Positions 63,553-64,000 of a DNA stretch of 64,000 bases are shown in pieces. The notes below the pieces were generated by a model. The model ran no database searches, was not told where the DNA came from, and was given only the letters and a program-made list of their open reading frames with translations. Origin of the DNA: Selaginella moellendorffii (lineage: Eukaryota > Plantae > Lycopodiophyta); contig NW_003314267.1 of assembly GCF_000143415.4 (NCBI RefSeq), positions 3,489,858 to 3,553,857 on the forward strand, in the 5' to 3' direction. The translations under genes and the position numbers were made by a program. The first letter of the stretch is position 1. Every line of letters begins with the position of its first letter.

Positions 63553-64000
63553 TGTAAGGAACCGACTCCTCGAGATGTCGTAGGCTAAAGGATCCCCAAA
63601 AGCTTGACCGAAATGACAAAGAGTTCATCGTATGGGACCAAGTAAAAGATCGAGTCCAAGACCGACTCTAGGACCGAGTTCGAGATAGATTCCGGAATCG
63701 AGTCCGAGACTGACTCGGGGACCAAGTTCGAGTCCGAGTTCGAGACCGAGTTCGAGACGGAGTCTGAGATCCGAAATCGGGTCCGAGACCGAGTCCGAGG
63801 TCGAGTCCGAGGTTGGGTCCGAGATCGGGTCCGAGGTCGAGTTCGAGATCAAGTCCGAGACCGAATCCGAAGTCGGATCTGAAATCGGGTCCGAGATCGA
63901 GCCAGAGACTAAGTCTAAATACTAATACTGGTCAAGGGGTGAAAGCCCAAAGCGTGCGTCTCCCGGGCCCAGGCTAGTCTCGCGGCACCCGGATACACCG
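63553..64000 (+). mobile_element. LTR of the 15034 family inserted in the repeat array of the preceding LTR (cut by window end)
   Basis: TGTAAGGAACCGACTCC..GAGATGTCGTAGGCTAAAGGATC is nearly identical to 15034 onward. Confidence 0.9.

Noticed and set aside
63966-64000. Divergence from the 15034 LTR at the window end, possibly another insertion
   Set aside because: Only ~35 bp visible; cannot be classified.

Overview
Eukaryotic, repeat-rich land-plant DNA. The ~50-nt GT-AG introns, AAACCCT teloboxes, intronless F-box/kelch-like genes and a Tat element with extra RNase H before RT fit a lycophyte such as Selaginella (inference). There are two 100-N assembly gaps. (1) Bases 1-~13079 are the right part of a large, decayed DNA transposon. 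It has a + strand DDD-type (Sola1/DUF7869-like) transposase and a divergent, multi-exon - strand cargo gene. The cargo gene reads as ParB/Srx-like domain, degenerate beta-class DNA-methyltransferase fold, acidic/Pro-rich linkers and an FCP1/NIF HAD domain. About 25 copies of a 22-bp palindrome (ATGGCRTGWGGCCWCAYGCCAT) are spread through this element, several inside introns, and I found none elsewhere. This ParB/parS-like arrangement is the best candidate for an undescribed system. (2) The element interrupts a chromovirus whose integrase carries spliceosomal introns inside conserved motifs. (3) 16-44.5 kb is nested Ty3/gypsy elements (two short-LTR copies, a Tat element, solo LTRs, a TRIM), a Helentron fragment and an AT-rich secreted bulb-lectin gene. 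(4) 45-57.7 kb holds host genes: a second lectin plus a pseudogene, two F-box/kelch-like genes, a CCCH NUP42/CG1-like gene and a divergent P-loop NTPase. (5) 57.7-64 kb is a non-autonomous LTR element with another LTR inserted. All calls are by-eye motif recognition; no database searches were run.
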